DNA of 64,000 bases from an uncultured Candidatus Binatia bacterium (GTDB lineage Bacteria > Desulfobacterota > Binatia > UBA9968 > CAXXLF01), in the NCBI GenBank assembly GCA_965218425.1, contig OZ244621.1, forward strand, positions 4,032,001 to 4,096,000, read 5' to 3'. Below, in pieces: positions 19,056 through 28,210 of the stretch (position 1 is the stretch's first letter; the number at the start of each line of letters is the position of its first letter). A program made the position numbers and the translations under genes. The notes under the pieces were generated by a model. It saw nothing but the letters and a program-made list of their open reading frames with translations. It did not search any database and was not told the DNA's origin.

Positions 19056-19501
19056 ATGAAAAAGGTATTGGGCGTAATCCTTGCAGGAGGCGCACTGATC
19101 CTTCTGGTAGGCGCGGCAACGGCGCAATGGCCTGGAGGCCACGGCCCCGGTAGAGGAATGGGTTTTAGCCGGGGCGAGATGGGTCATGGCGAATGGGAGA
19201 TGGGACATGGAATGAGAGGCGGCAGTGGAATGGGCTGGGGCCGTGGAGAAGCAAACTGCCCTGGGCTGCGCGGGACATCCACCGCAGCAATCACTCAAGA
19301 AAATGCAAAAGACTTGGCCCAGAAGTATGCCGACACAAATCTCCCGGGTTTCAAGGTGGAGAGGGTCCTTCCCTTCAGTGGTAGGCATCACACGGCCTAC
19401 GCCGTAGAACTCAAAAACTCGGAGGGTAAGCTCCGCACTTTCACATCGATCCTTTCGGCGACGTGATGTCCTTCGGTGGCCCCTGGAGAAGTGGCTCGTA
19501 A
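19056..19501 (+). CDS. Gly/Met/His-rich periplasmic accessory protein (ZraP/PepSY-like); probable 1-nt frameshift near 19441
   Basis: Signal peptide and GHGPGRGMG... tract; reading as sequenced ends at 19466, while a shifted frame gives (H)IDPFGDVMSFGGPWRSGS* ending at 19501, next to the terminator. Confidence 0.65.
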
Positions 19502-19524
19502 GCCTTTACTTAGGTCATCGAGCC

Positions 19525-19556
19525 AACCCCCCGGGTCTTAACCCGGGGGGTTTTTT
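19525..19556 (+). terminator. Rho-independent terminator
   Basis: CCCCCCGGG-TCTTAA-CCCGGGGGG-TTTTTT. Confidence 0.85.
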
Positions 19557-19614
19557 AAGGCACATAACAAGATTCCAGGGAATTCCAGTCCCCCACACCT
19601 TCTTGTTTATATAG

Positions 19615-21393
19615 ATGAGCAAAACGGCTAAACTAACCCTGACCATGAAAAGACCCTTGCTAGCACGCTATTTTTTGGCGTCCGTCCTGCTGCTGCTGCT
19701 CCTGGTCTCTCTCTACGTTCTCTCCGAGAGCCGAAGGTTGCAGAGCGAACTCCTACGCCAAACCGAGGCCAAAGGACTGGCCCTGGCCGAGGCCATGGAG
19801 TCCAGTACGAAAAACGCCATTCTTGGCAATTCTCTGATTGAAAAGATCGTGAGCCAGCGGCTCCTTGATAACGCCCGCCTCATCGACCGACTCCTTCTTA
19901 CCGGCGCGATAGATCCCAATTTTCTCCAGGAGATCAGCGCCATGAACCGCCTTCAAAAGATCGAGCTACTGGACCAAGAGGGAGAGCCATGGACATTTCC
20001 CTCCTCGCCGGAGATGCCCATGGGTATGAGGGAAATGATGGCGGAGATGCACCGGATGCATCGGGAGCCCTTACAACGGCGGCGACAGATGATGATCTAT
20101 ATGTGGGGAAGGCGTTGGGTCTTACCCGGCGAGGAAAGCCAACCGTCAAGCGCACCCCCACCTCAGATCACGGAAGAACGTTTCCGGCAAGGCAGCGTGT
20201 TTGGTGTCGCCATTGGGGCGCGAAGTATCCCTGGAGTTATAGTTGTTCATGCCAATGCCGACTATATCCTAAACTTCAAGAAAGAGATCGGAGTGCAACG
20301 CCAGATCGAAGACCTGGGGCGCCAGCCCGACATCGCCCATGTTGCCCTTCTGGATCAAAACTTCACGATTGTTGCACATACGGACCCCGCACTCATTGGC
20401 CAACAGGAAAGCGACGACTTTGTCCTAACAGCGCAGATCAATGGACCCACCTATACAAAGATCGTCGGTGTCAACGGTGATAGGATCTACCAACTGGTGA
20501 AGCCCATCAGTCTCCACGACTCTCCCCTGGGATTCCTCAAGATCGGGCTATCCCTGGAACCCATGGAGACCGCGTGGAAAAATAGCCTGTGGTCTATCAT
20601 TATATTGGGCTCGGCCATTTTGGGGGTCGGCATCCTGGGTATGGCCGCCATCTTTTACAATCAACATTCCCACCTACAACAGATCAAGAATCTCGAAGCC
20701 GAAGTTGCTCGTCGGGAGAATCTGTCTGCCCTGGGCAATCTTGCGGCAACGGTCGCCCATGAGGTGCGTAATCCCCTGAACTCCATATCCATAGGCCTGC
20801 AGCGTCTCAGGTCGGAGTTTCATCCTACCCAAGACGAAAACCAATACTCCCGGTTTATAGAGATCATGCGTGGAGAGGTGCAGCGGCTAAATTCCATCGT
20901 GGAGCAGTTCCTTTCACTGGCACGCCCCTTGGACCTTGAGTTTGAAACCGTTTCCATGGATGAACTGCTCCAGGAATTGGTCTTGTTGGCTGGAGGCGAT
21001 GCGGAATCGTCAAAGGTAAAAATTAACCTGGCAACTTCCCCCAACCTTCCCTCGGTGCGCGCGGACCGGAATTACTTGAAACAGTTACTACTCAATCTTA
21101 TTTTAAATGGAATCCAGGCCATGCCTGAGGGAGGGCAATTGACGGTGCTGGCGGGCACCTCCCGGAAGAACCTCACCCTGACTATTAAAGATGAGGGAGT
21201 TGGGATTGATCCGGAGGTTATATCACGCATCTTTGAGCCCTATTTCACCACCAAGGCCAATGGATCCGGGCTGGGGCTTTCCATCGCACGGAGAATCGTG
21301 GAGGCCCATGGAGGGGATCTATCAGTCACCAGTAAAGTGGGTCGAGGCAGCAGTTTCCAAGTTACCCTTCCCATTGCAAGTGTGGAGAGCTAA
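19615..21393 (+). CDS. Sensor histidine kinase (ZraS/NtrB-like)
   Basis: Two TM segments; AHEVRNPLN H-box; NLILNGIQAM, DEGVGI, FEPYFTTK, GSGLGL. Confidence 0.92.
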   Translation: MSKTAKLTLTMKRPLLARYFLASVLLLLLLVSLYVLSESRRLQSELLRQTEAKGLALAEAMESSTKNAILGNSLIEKIVSQRLLDNARLIDRLLLTGAIDPNFLQEISAMNRLQKIELLDQEGEPWTFPSSPEMPMGMREMMAEMHRMHREPLQRRRQMMIYMWGRRWVLPGEESQPSSAPPPQITEERFRQGSVFGVAIGARSIPGVIVVHANADYILNFKKEIGVQRQIEDLGRQPDIAHVALLDQNFTIVAHTDPALIGQQESDDFVLTAQINGPTYTKIVGVNGDRIYQLVKPISLHDSPLGFLKIGLSLEPMETAWKNSLWSIIILGSAILGVGILGMAAIFYNQHSHLQQIKNLEAEVARRENLSALGNLAATVAHEVRNPLNSISIGLQRLRSEFHPTQDENQYSRFIEIMRGEVQRLNSIVEQFLSLARPLDLEFETVSMDELLQELVLLAGGDAESSKVKINLATSPNLPSVRADRNYLKQLLLNLILNGIQAMPEGGQLTVLAGTSRKNLTLTIKDEGVGIDPEVISRIFEPYFTTKANGSGLGLSIARRIVEAHGGDLSVTSKVGRGSSFQVTLPIASVES

Positions 21394-22764
21394 ATGGCTG
21401 ACTCTTTCCGAATCCTTATCGTCGATGACGAGGCTCCGCAGCTAGAACTGATCGGAGGATTTCTCAAAAAACAGGGTTTCGACGTGGTGGAGGCAGAAGG
21501 CGGCGAACGGGGCCTGGAGAAGTTCCGCCAGGAATCCTTTGACCTGGTACTGACAGATCAAAAGATGCCGAAGATGTCAGGTCTGGATTTGCTAAAAGCC
21601 ATCCGTGCCATGAACCCCGAGGCACCAGTCATCGTCATGACCGCCTTTGGAAGTATCGAAACGGCTGTCTCCGCCATCAAAGAGGGGGCTTCAGACTACC
21701 TGACCAAACCGCTCAACCTGGATGAACTGCTCCACAGGATCGAGGCGGTCAAGGAACGAAACCGTCTGCTCACAGAGAACCGAGACCTTCGGGAAGCCCT
21801 GCAAGAGCGCAGCCGCATTGAAGGCGTCATCGGTGAGAGCGGTCATATGCAGGAAGTCCTCTCGTTGGTTCGACGGGTAGCGCCGAGTGAAGCCACTGCG
21901 TTGATACGCGGCGAGAGCGGCACTGGAAAGGAACTCATTGCCCAGGCCATTCATTATGCAAGTCCCAGGGCATCTCGCCCCCTGGTGAGGCTCAACTGCG
22001 CAGCCCTTCCCGAGACCCTTTTGGAATCCGAACTCTTCGGCCATGAAAAAGGCGCCTTCACCGGAGCCTATGCCACAAGGAAAGGCCGCTTCGAAGTGGC
22101 CAATGGCGGATCATTATTCCTTGACGAGATCGGCGACCTACCGCTCCATCTGCAGGCAAAACTTCTACGTGTCCTTCAGGAAAAGGAGTTCGAAAGAGTA
22201 GGTTCGAGCAAACCGATTCCCGTTGATGTCAGGATCCTCGCCGCAACCCACCGGGATTTAGAAAAATTGATTCAAGAGGGTCAATTCCGAGAGGACCTCT
22301 ATTACCGGCTCAACGTAGTTACCGTTGTCCTCCCGCCGCTAAGAGAGCGACGTCAAGATATTCCGCCACTCCTGGATCACCTGGTCAAAAAATTTGCCGA
22401 TAAGAACGATAAAACCATCAAAGGCTTTACCCAAGAGGCGCGTGACGCCCTACTTCGTTACGACTATCCAGGCAATGTCAGGGAGCTCGAAAACATTGTC
22501 GAAAGGGCAACGGTGATCACGCGAGACGAGGTCATTGGAAGATCGGATTTACCCCTAACCGTTCAGGCGTCTGAAAAACTAGACGACAGGGGCACCAACA
22601 TGGCCGCCGTCGTGGAAGGCCTGGAACGAAAAATGATCAAAGAGGCCCTGGCCCAATCCGACAGGGTTCAGACCCGTGCGGCGGAAAAACTCGGAATGAC
22701 TGAGCGAGCCCTACGCTACAAACTCAAAAAATACGGCTTCCAGGGCGAAGACCCCAGCTCCTAA
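21394..22764 (+). CDS. sigma54-dependent response regulator (ZraR/NtrC family)
   Basis: Receiver domain, GESGTGKE, ESELFGHEKGAFTGA, YPGNVREL, Fis-type HTH. Confidence 0.95.
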   Translation: MADSFRILIVDDEAPQLELIGGFLKKQGFDVVEAEGGERGLEKFRQESFDLVLTDQKMPKMSGLDLLKAIRAMNPEAPVIVMTAFGSIETAVSAIKEGASDYLTKPLNLDELLHRIEAVKERNRLLTENRDLREALQERSRIEGVIGESGHMQEVLSLVRRVAPSEATALIRGESGTGKELIAQAIHYASPRASRPLVRLNCAALPETLLESELFGHEKGAFTGAYATRKGRFEVANGGSLFLDEIGDLPLHLQAKLLRVLQEKEFERVGSSKPIPVDVRILAATHRDLEKLIQEGQFREDLYYRLNVVTVVLPPLRERRQDIPPLLDHLVKKFADKNDKTIKGFTQEARDALLRYDYPGNVRELENIVERATVITRDEVIGRSDLPLTVQASEKLDDRGTNMAAVVEGLERKMIKEALAQSDRVQTRAAEKLGMTERALRYKLKKYGFQGEDPSS

Positions 22765-23038
22765 AAATCCCTTGATTTGAACTCCGTTCCTGCAGCCTAA
22801 CCCTCAAAAAATTCCTCAATTCACGACTGTACTATACTGACCAGAACGGCAGCGTTTGTTGAACACCCTAGCTTTAGATTGTAATTTCTAACCTATTGGA
22901 ATAGCAATACAATCAAACATGCGGCCACCCTTAGTAATCGGTGATATGCTATCCAGCGACCGTGATACACGGATCAGTATATTACTAGAGTTAGATGGCC
23001 GGGGGACGCTTTGACGTCATAATGTCATAATTTCCAAC

Positions 23039-23233
23039 ATGGACACTCAAAAACGCGCCACCGTCTATTTTGAACCTGACGTGCACCGCGCCCTGCGTCT
23101 AAAGGCTGCGGCGTCGGATCGTTCCATATCAGACATGGTCAACGACACGGTGAATGCCGCCTTGCCGAGGATGCTAAAGATCTCGCCGATTTCGCCCATA
23201 GAAAGAACGAGAAGAGGACAACGCAAAGACTGA
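23039..23233 (+). pseudogene. CopG/RHH antitoxin-like gene, frameshifted, no toxin partner
   Basis: KRATVYFEPDVHRALRLKAAASDRSISDMVND; continuation LAEDAKDLADF..RKNE lies in another frame; tandem GTCATAAT repeat upstream (23016-23031). Confidence 0.65.
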
Positions 23234-23414
23234 GAGCAGCCTGGTCAAAATGGCTCGTGAAATTGGAGCCCAGAAGGTGCCGGATTTCTCGGAGACCTTC
23301 ACGGTCTAATTGCGGAGCAACCGCTGAACGGGAGGATCAATACAATGGACCCGAATCTACATGTGAGTATGCCGCTCGATCCCAACCTTCATTGGAAATA
23401 GGCTCAGGCCGATA

Positions 23415-23666
23415 TCATCTCTTTTGCTTCTTGCCCAACGCTGCCAATCGTTTCTTTGCCTTTTTCGCCAGCTCACTGTCCGGATCGGCCTGGATGATGC
23501 GCTCATACAACTCGCGTGCGTGGCTGCGATTGTTTTGCAGTTCTTCAAACTGCGCGGTCTCAAACATCTGCTTGGGGTCCTCGCCACATCCGAGCACTCC
23601 CAGCATGAACAGACACAGACTGAACGCGATAAAGTCCTTAAAATATATTTTTAGTAATGTCCTCAT
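23415..23666 (-). CDS. Small TPR-like lipoprotein
   Basis: Lipobox LGC then GEDPKQMFETAQFEELQNNRSHARELYERII; ATGA overlap with the upstream gene. Confidence 0.7.
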   Translation of the reverse strand: MRTLLKIYFKDFIAFSLCLFMLGVLGCGEDPKQMFETAQFEELQNNRSHARELYERIIQADPDSELAKKAKKRLAALGKKQKR

Positions 23667-24172
23667 CCGGATGCTCCGCCATCTTCGCTGAGGGCTTTCT
23701 CTTTTCTTTTGTTCGCATTGTATAAGGAATAGCCAAGTGTCGTGAAAATCATTAAGAAGATGACAATGATGGTCGGCTGAAGGAGCCAGCCGGTCCCATA
23801 AGCTGCGCTCGAGATCCAGGGGATCCATATGGAAAACCCAACAAGCCAAACACCCACGAGAAAGCCAAGAATCCAAGAGAAACAACTGATGGTGCGCCAT
23901 CTGGCCAAGAGGGGATCTATACCCTTAGCGAACTGAAAATCAACGGGTGTGGACTCTGAGGAGTTCGACTTGGTTACACCCCTTAATTCCATGGCCAGAT
24001 GGATTACTGCAAGGATCACCATAGGAATACCAATGACCCAGGGGTAGAGGCGTGCTTGAAGCTTCCACTCGTTCGCTTCCCAAACGAGGTAAACAAAAAA
24101 AAGCAGGACCAGCAAATCGAAGAGAATCTGCGGTTTGAGTTTTACCATTGCCATTGGTTTGGCCGTAGCCAT
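23663..24172 (-). pseudogene. TctB-N/TctA-C chimeric remnant of a tripartite tricarboxylate transporter
   Basis: N-part TctB-like (QARLYPWVIG...FSWILGF...LVGFSI); C-part resembles a TctA C-terminus (WISSAAYGTGWLLQPTIIVIFL). Confidence 0.5.
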
Positions 24173-24367
24173 GAACCATTGCCCCTTTACCGCTCAGGCC
24201 GCTCAGTGTCAAGCAGCTTCAAAAAGAAGAGCTTCAGTTTATTGAATCTGGCTGCGATTGTCGGCAAAGTATCTGTTCTGCTATGCTCCAGCAAGCCCTT
24301 AAAAAGCTAAGCACCTGATCCTACTCACCGACAATTTAACCACGATGTCGCGCGCATAAGACCCTTC

Positions 24368-25585
24368 ATGAACCTCAACCCCACCGTCCGTGGCCTCATC
24401 AATCTTTACACTCCAGCCCTGCTGGCAGGTGTAGGTTGGGGAATGATTATCCCAACCATCCCGGTGCTTAGCGTCTATTACGGTGTTTCCATCGGCGCGG
24501 CCGCTCAGACTGTCACCGCTTTTGCCATAGGAAGGTTTGTGGGCACGGCCATGAGCGGTATCATTCTGGACCGTTTCGGCGTACGGGCCTCGCTGGTGGT
24601 GGGAACATTGGCAGCCAGTATCGCAGCACTCCTCGCAGTGGTATCGCCGTGGTTCAGCGGCATTCTGGCATTGCTCTTCGTAATTGGCTTAGGGGACAGC
24701 CTTTGGTTGTTGGGTCTCGAAGTGGCCGGTATCGATCTAGTGCGTCAGGACCAACGAGGACGGGTCATCAGCGGATTCCATGGCATGACCAATGGGGGCT
24801 TGACCCTCGGACCCTTGATTGGCGGGATTCTCACCGAAGCGTTTAGCTTCAAGGCCGTATTCCTCGGCTACGTTTTATGCTCAGGTACTGGGTTGGTCCT
24901 GGGAGCCATGGCCCACATTGTCCGAGCCACCAAGAACACTCACCCCACCCCGAAACCAACCACGGTGTTGCGCTTGAAAGAACCACTACGGGGATTTACA
25001 AGCCTATTCAAGGAAATCCAGCCCCATCTCCGCGCCACCTACGTAGTTCTCGTCATCGCTACAAGTACAAGCATCATGTTCCGGCTTACGACGCAGAGCA
25101 TGCTGCCCGCCTACGCAGGCTCACATCTTGGGTTTTCGCCTTCGGAAGTGGGCCTTTTGTTTAGCATCTCGGGGGTGTTTATCTTCGCAATGATCTTACC
25201 CACCGGGTTTATCCTGGACAGAATAGGCAGGAAGTGGGCCACTATTCCAAGCACAGGACTACCTGCCTTGGCTTTTTTGCTTATCCCCTTTTCCGACACA
25301 TTCCTCGAACTCGCCGTGCTCGTTTCGATTACGGGTATATCCAACGGTTTGTCCCTAGGATCAATTGCCACCTCAACTTACGACGTGGTGCCGCCAGCCG
25401 TACGTGGGCGGCTGCAGGCAGTTCGACGGACGGTGGCTGAAATAGGCGGGATTGGAGGTCCGTTAGTGGCCGGATTTTTAGCCAATGCCTTCGACCCAGG
25501 CATTCCCTTCCTGGTTTATGCCCCGTTGCTACTGTCGTCGGCCGTACTTCTAGCCGTGGTGGGGCGTGAGACTCTTATCAAATAG
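24368..25585 (+). CDS. MFS transporter
   Basis: About 12 TM segments; GIILDRFGVR and GFILDRIGRK loop motifs. Confidence 0.9.
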   Translation: MNLNPTVRGLINLYTPALLAGVGWGMIIPTIPVLSVYYGVSIGAAAQTVTAFAIGRFVGTAMSGIILDRFGVRASLVVGTLAASIAALLAVVSPWFSGILALLFVIGLGDSLWLLGLEVAGIDLVRQDQRGRVISGFHGMTNGGLTLGPLIGGILTEAFSFKAVFLGYVLCSGTGLVLGAMAHIVRATKNTHPTPKPTTVLRLKEPLRGFTSLFKEIQPHLRATYVVLVIATSTSIMFRLTTQSMLPAYAGSHLGFSPSEVGLLFSISGVFIFAMILPTGFILDRIGRKWATIPSTGLPALAFLLIPFSDTFLELAVLVSITGISNGLSLGSIATSTYDVVPPAVRGRLQAVRRTVAEIGGIGGPLVAGFLANAFDPGIPFLVYAPLLLSSAVLLAVVGRETLIK

Positions 25586-25734
25586 CCCGAGCCCTATTCC
25601 ATGAACCCAGCAAAAACACTTTGCCATAATCGTTGTTAAAGTTATAATCAAAAGAGCAATTTCAAAGTTTACAAGAATAACCTGTTATCAAAACTTTGAC
25701 CTATTTATATCGCTGATCAAAAGGAGAACACTGT

Positions 25735-26169
25735 ATGTTCGGAGACAAAATACAGAACGGCGGGAACAAGGGAAAACAACTGCTCATTATTTCGGGGGAG
25801 TCCGCCCGCCTGGAAGGAAAGTTTACCATTGGGGAATCCATTCAAATCGAATGCGAGGTCGTAGGAGAGATCAACGTGGAGGGCAGGTTGGTCATCGGGG
25901 CAAAGGGAGTGGTTCGAGCCGATGTGCAAACCGTGGACGCCCTGATTCAGGGACATTATGACGGCAAGATGGTGGCCACCGGGAACGTCGAGGTTACCGC
26001 CTCGGGCCGGGTGTCCGGAAACATAGAGACTGATTCTCTGGTTATTTCCAAAGGCGCCCTTTTTAACGGAACCGTGTCGAAGATGCGGAACGTACCTGAG
26101 ATTGCGGTGGAGCATCGACGAGGCTTCGCAGTCATTGACCTCGAAACCACTGCAAAAAAACCTGCTTAG
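25735..26169 (+). CDS. Bactofilin (polymer-forming cytoskeletal protein)
   Basis: Beta-helix repeats: IISGESARLEGKF...VIGAKGVVRADV...GRVSGNIETDSLVISKGALFNGTV; AAGGAG RBS. Confidence 0.88.
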   Translation: MFGDKIQNGGNKGKQLLIISGESARLEGKFTIGESIQIECEVVGEINVEGRLVIGAKGVVRADVQTVDALIQGHYDGKMVATGNVEVTASGRVSGNIETDSLVISKGALFNGTVSKMRNVPEIAVEHRRGFAVIDLETTAKKPA

Positions 26170-26194
26170 CTTGCCCATGACTCTCCCAGGAAGC

Positions 26195-26295
26195 ATCCAC
26201 CTTGGCGTTGGTTTCCTTAACCTTGCCAGCCCCAAATACAAAGAAAAAGACATCCGTCTTTCCGGCGGCGAAGTCATTGGCACCGCCCGCCACCT
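26195..26295 (-). pseudogene. Short fragment resembling a TAXI-family TRAP solute-binding protein
   Basis: Manual translation GANDFAAGKTDVFFFVFGAGKVKETNAKV; no start or full ORF. Confidence 0.4.
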
Positions 26296-26463
26296 TAGGC
26301 GTCGGGATTCTTATTACATCGTCAATGGCAACTACCGTCTACCAGCTCGAATACGACGGTACCTTTTGCGAGGGATTTGATCATTCCCTCCAAGCTCGGT
26401 ATACCACGCGCAGCCCAACACCTGATCCCCTTAGATCTGGTATCGAGCATCCCGATTCCTAGT

Positions 26464-26937
26464 CTATGAGTTGGGGAAGCAGCCCCTCGCCGGCTTGCGC
26501 CTTTGCACGCTGGCCGGGACTCCCACACGCTCCATGGTTTTTACGACTTGGGGACCACAGGATTTCAGCAGTTCACTATAAATGGCGTCGAGCTCGGAAC
26601 ATTCTATTTCCAGGGCAATCTTGAAGGCCTCTTCTACGGTGATGGAAGGGGTCCCCCTACCCAGGTAAGCACGCATCTGCCCCTCGAGCCGGCGGGCCTT
26701 TTCCTCTCCGATGTTGGGATCCAGAGCAAGCCCGTCAAAGCCCTCGACAATCGCCATGCAGGCCATGAGAATACAGACGTGCTGTTCCTCATCCATGGCC
26801 ATCTGCCACCAGAAGTCCCTGAGCTCGCCATGATGGGGAAAGAGATGGGAGAAACGGAAATAGACCTTTGAAACCAAGCGCTCGATCTCCGCAAACCTCT
26901 TGAAGAGGTCTTGACCCGTCTGCTGCACAACCGCCAT
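26464..26937 (-). CDS. Ferritin-like/rubrerythrin-like protein
   Basis: EIE..VSKVY..FS..F....DFWWQMAMDEEQH...AFKIALEIE; C-terminus may be frameshifted. Confidence 0.65.
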   Translation of the reverse strand: MAVVQQTGQDLFKRFAEIERLVSKVYFRFSHLFPHHGELRDFWWQMAMDEEQHVCILMACMAIVEGFDGLALDPNIGEEKARRLEGQMRAYLGRGTPSITVEEAFKIALEIECSELDAIYSELLKSCGPQVVKTMERVGVPASVQRRKPARGCFPNS

Positions 26938-27099
26938 TATATAGCCCCCCCCTTTGCAAGCTGGGTTGTGATTCCTTTCGATCTCCTAAAATATCACTCG
27001 GCCACTAGGGAGGAGCAGCACGTTGACAGGAACAGCAAAAAATGTAATTTTTTACCTCCAATCGTTTTAGCCGGCCCGTTCCCAGAAATAATACTACTA

Positions 27100-28189
27100 T
27101 TGAGAACCGCATAATATAGTAACATTGGATAAGAACTTAATGTATAGTGGTGGTATGGGAAACCCACTTGGAGTGCGACGGGACTTTGAAGCATTGGAGC
27201 GGCGGTGGATGGAGGCGGGGAGGCTGTTGAAGCGAGGGCTGTCGGAGGCGGAGGTGGCGCGTTGGGTGGGAGTGCACCGCCAGTCGGTGAATCGATGGGC
27301 GCGGCAGTTGGCCGAGAGCGGCAGAGCCGGGCTCAAGCAGGCGGGGCGTGCCGGACGCAAGCCGCGACTGAGCCCGGCGGATCTGAAGAAGATCGAGGGC
27401 GGTTTGAAACGGGGACCCGAAGCGCTGGGGTACGACACGAGCCTGTGGACCGCAAGGCGAGTGGCCCACTTGATTGGGGAAGCCTGCGGAGTCACATACC
27501 ATCCGGGCCATGTTTGGCGGATATTGCGGCAGTTGGGGTGGAGTTGCCAGCGGCCGACGGGACGTGCCTTGGAACGAGATGAAGAGGCGATCCGGCAGTG
27601 GAAGAAGAAGCGCTGGCCGGAGATTAAAAAAAAGCCCGAAACGAGGGGCGAACCATAGTGTTCGTGGACGAAAGCGGGCTGAGCGAGCGGCCGAATCGGT
27701 ATCGTACGTGGTCGCCCCGAGGACAGACGCCAGTGCTGCAATATCACTTCAACTGGAAGAGTCTGTCGGCCATCGCCGGAGTCACCTGGTGGCGCTTGTA
27801 CTTTCGAGTGTATCCGGGAGCCATCAAGAGCCCCCAGATCATCGAATTCCTGAAGCACTTGATGCGTCATGTTTCCGGGCCGCTGCTGGTAGTGTGGGAC
27901 GGACTGCCCAGCCACCGGAGCCGGTTGGTTCGGGACTTTGTTGCCGCTACCGAAGGCGCGTTGGTGCTGGAACGGTTGCCGGCCTATGCACCGGAACTGA
28001 ATCCCGTCGAATACCTCTGGGGATACTGGAAGCATCATGAACTGCCCAACTTCTGTGCCAAGGACTTCGCTCAACTCAGCCACCATGCTCGTCGGGCCCT
28101 TTGCCGAATGCGCCGCAGGCCTCGTCTCGTTACCGCCTTCTGGAAACAGTCCAGCCTTTTCTGATGTCATTATATTATACGAGGATCAA
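27100..28189 (+). mobile_element. IS630 family insertion sequence
   Basis: Imperfect terminal IRs (TTGAGAACCGCATAATATAGTAACA vs reverse complement of right end TTGATCCTCGTATAATATAATGACA); TA duplicated at 27098-27099 and 28190-28191; empty site would read CTAG. Confidence 0.92.
27155..28164 (+). CDS. IS630 transposase (orfA HTH plus orfB DDE joined by a -1 frameshift)
   Basis: A8-G slippery run at 27626-27634; -1 frame reads KARNEGRTIVFVDESG...VWDGLPSH...LPAYAPELNPVEYLW. Confidence 0.9.
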
Positions 28190-28210
28190 TAGGGGACCAT
28201 CCGAGTTGTT

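Noticed and set aside
27097..28170. 357-aa antisense ORF spanning the IS630
   Set aside because: Shadow ORF opposite the transposase; no recognisable motifs.
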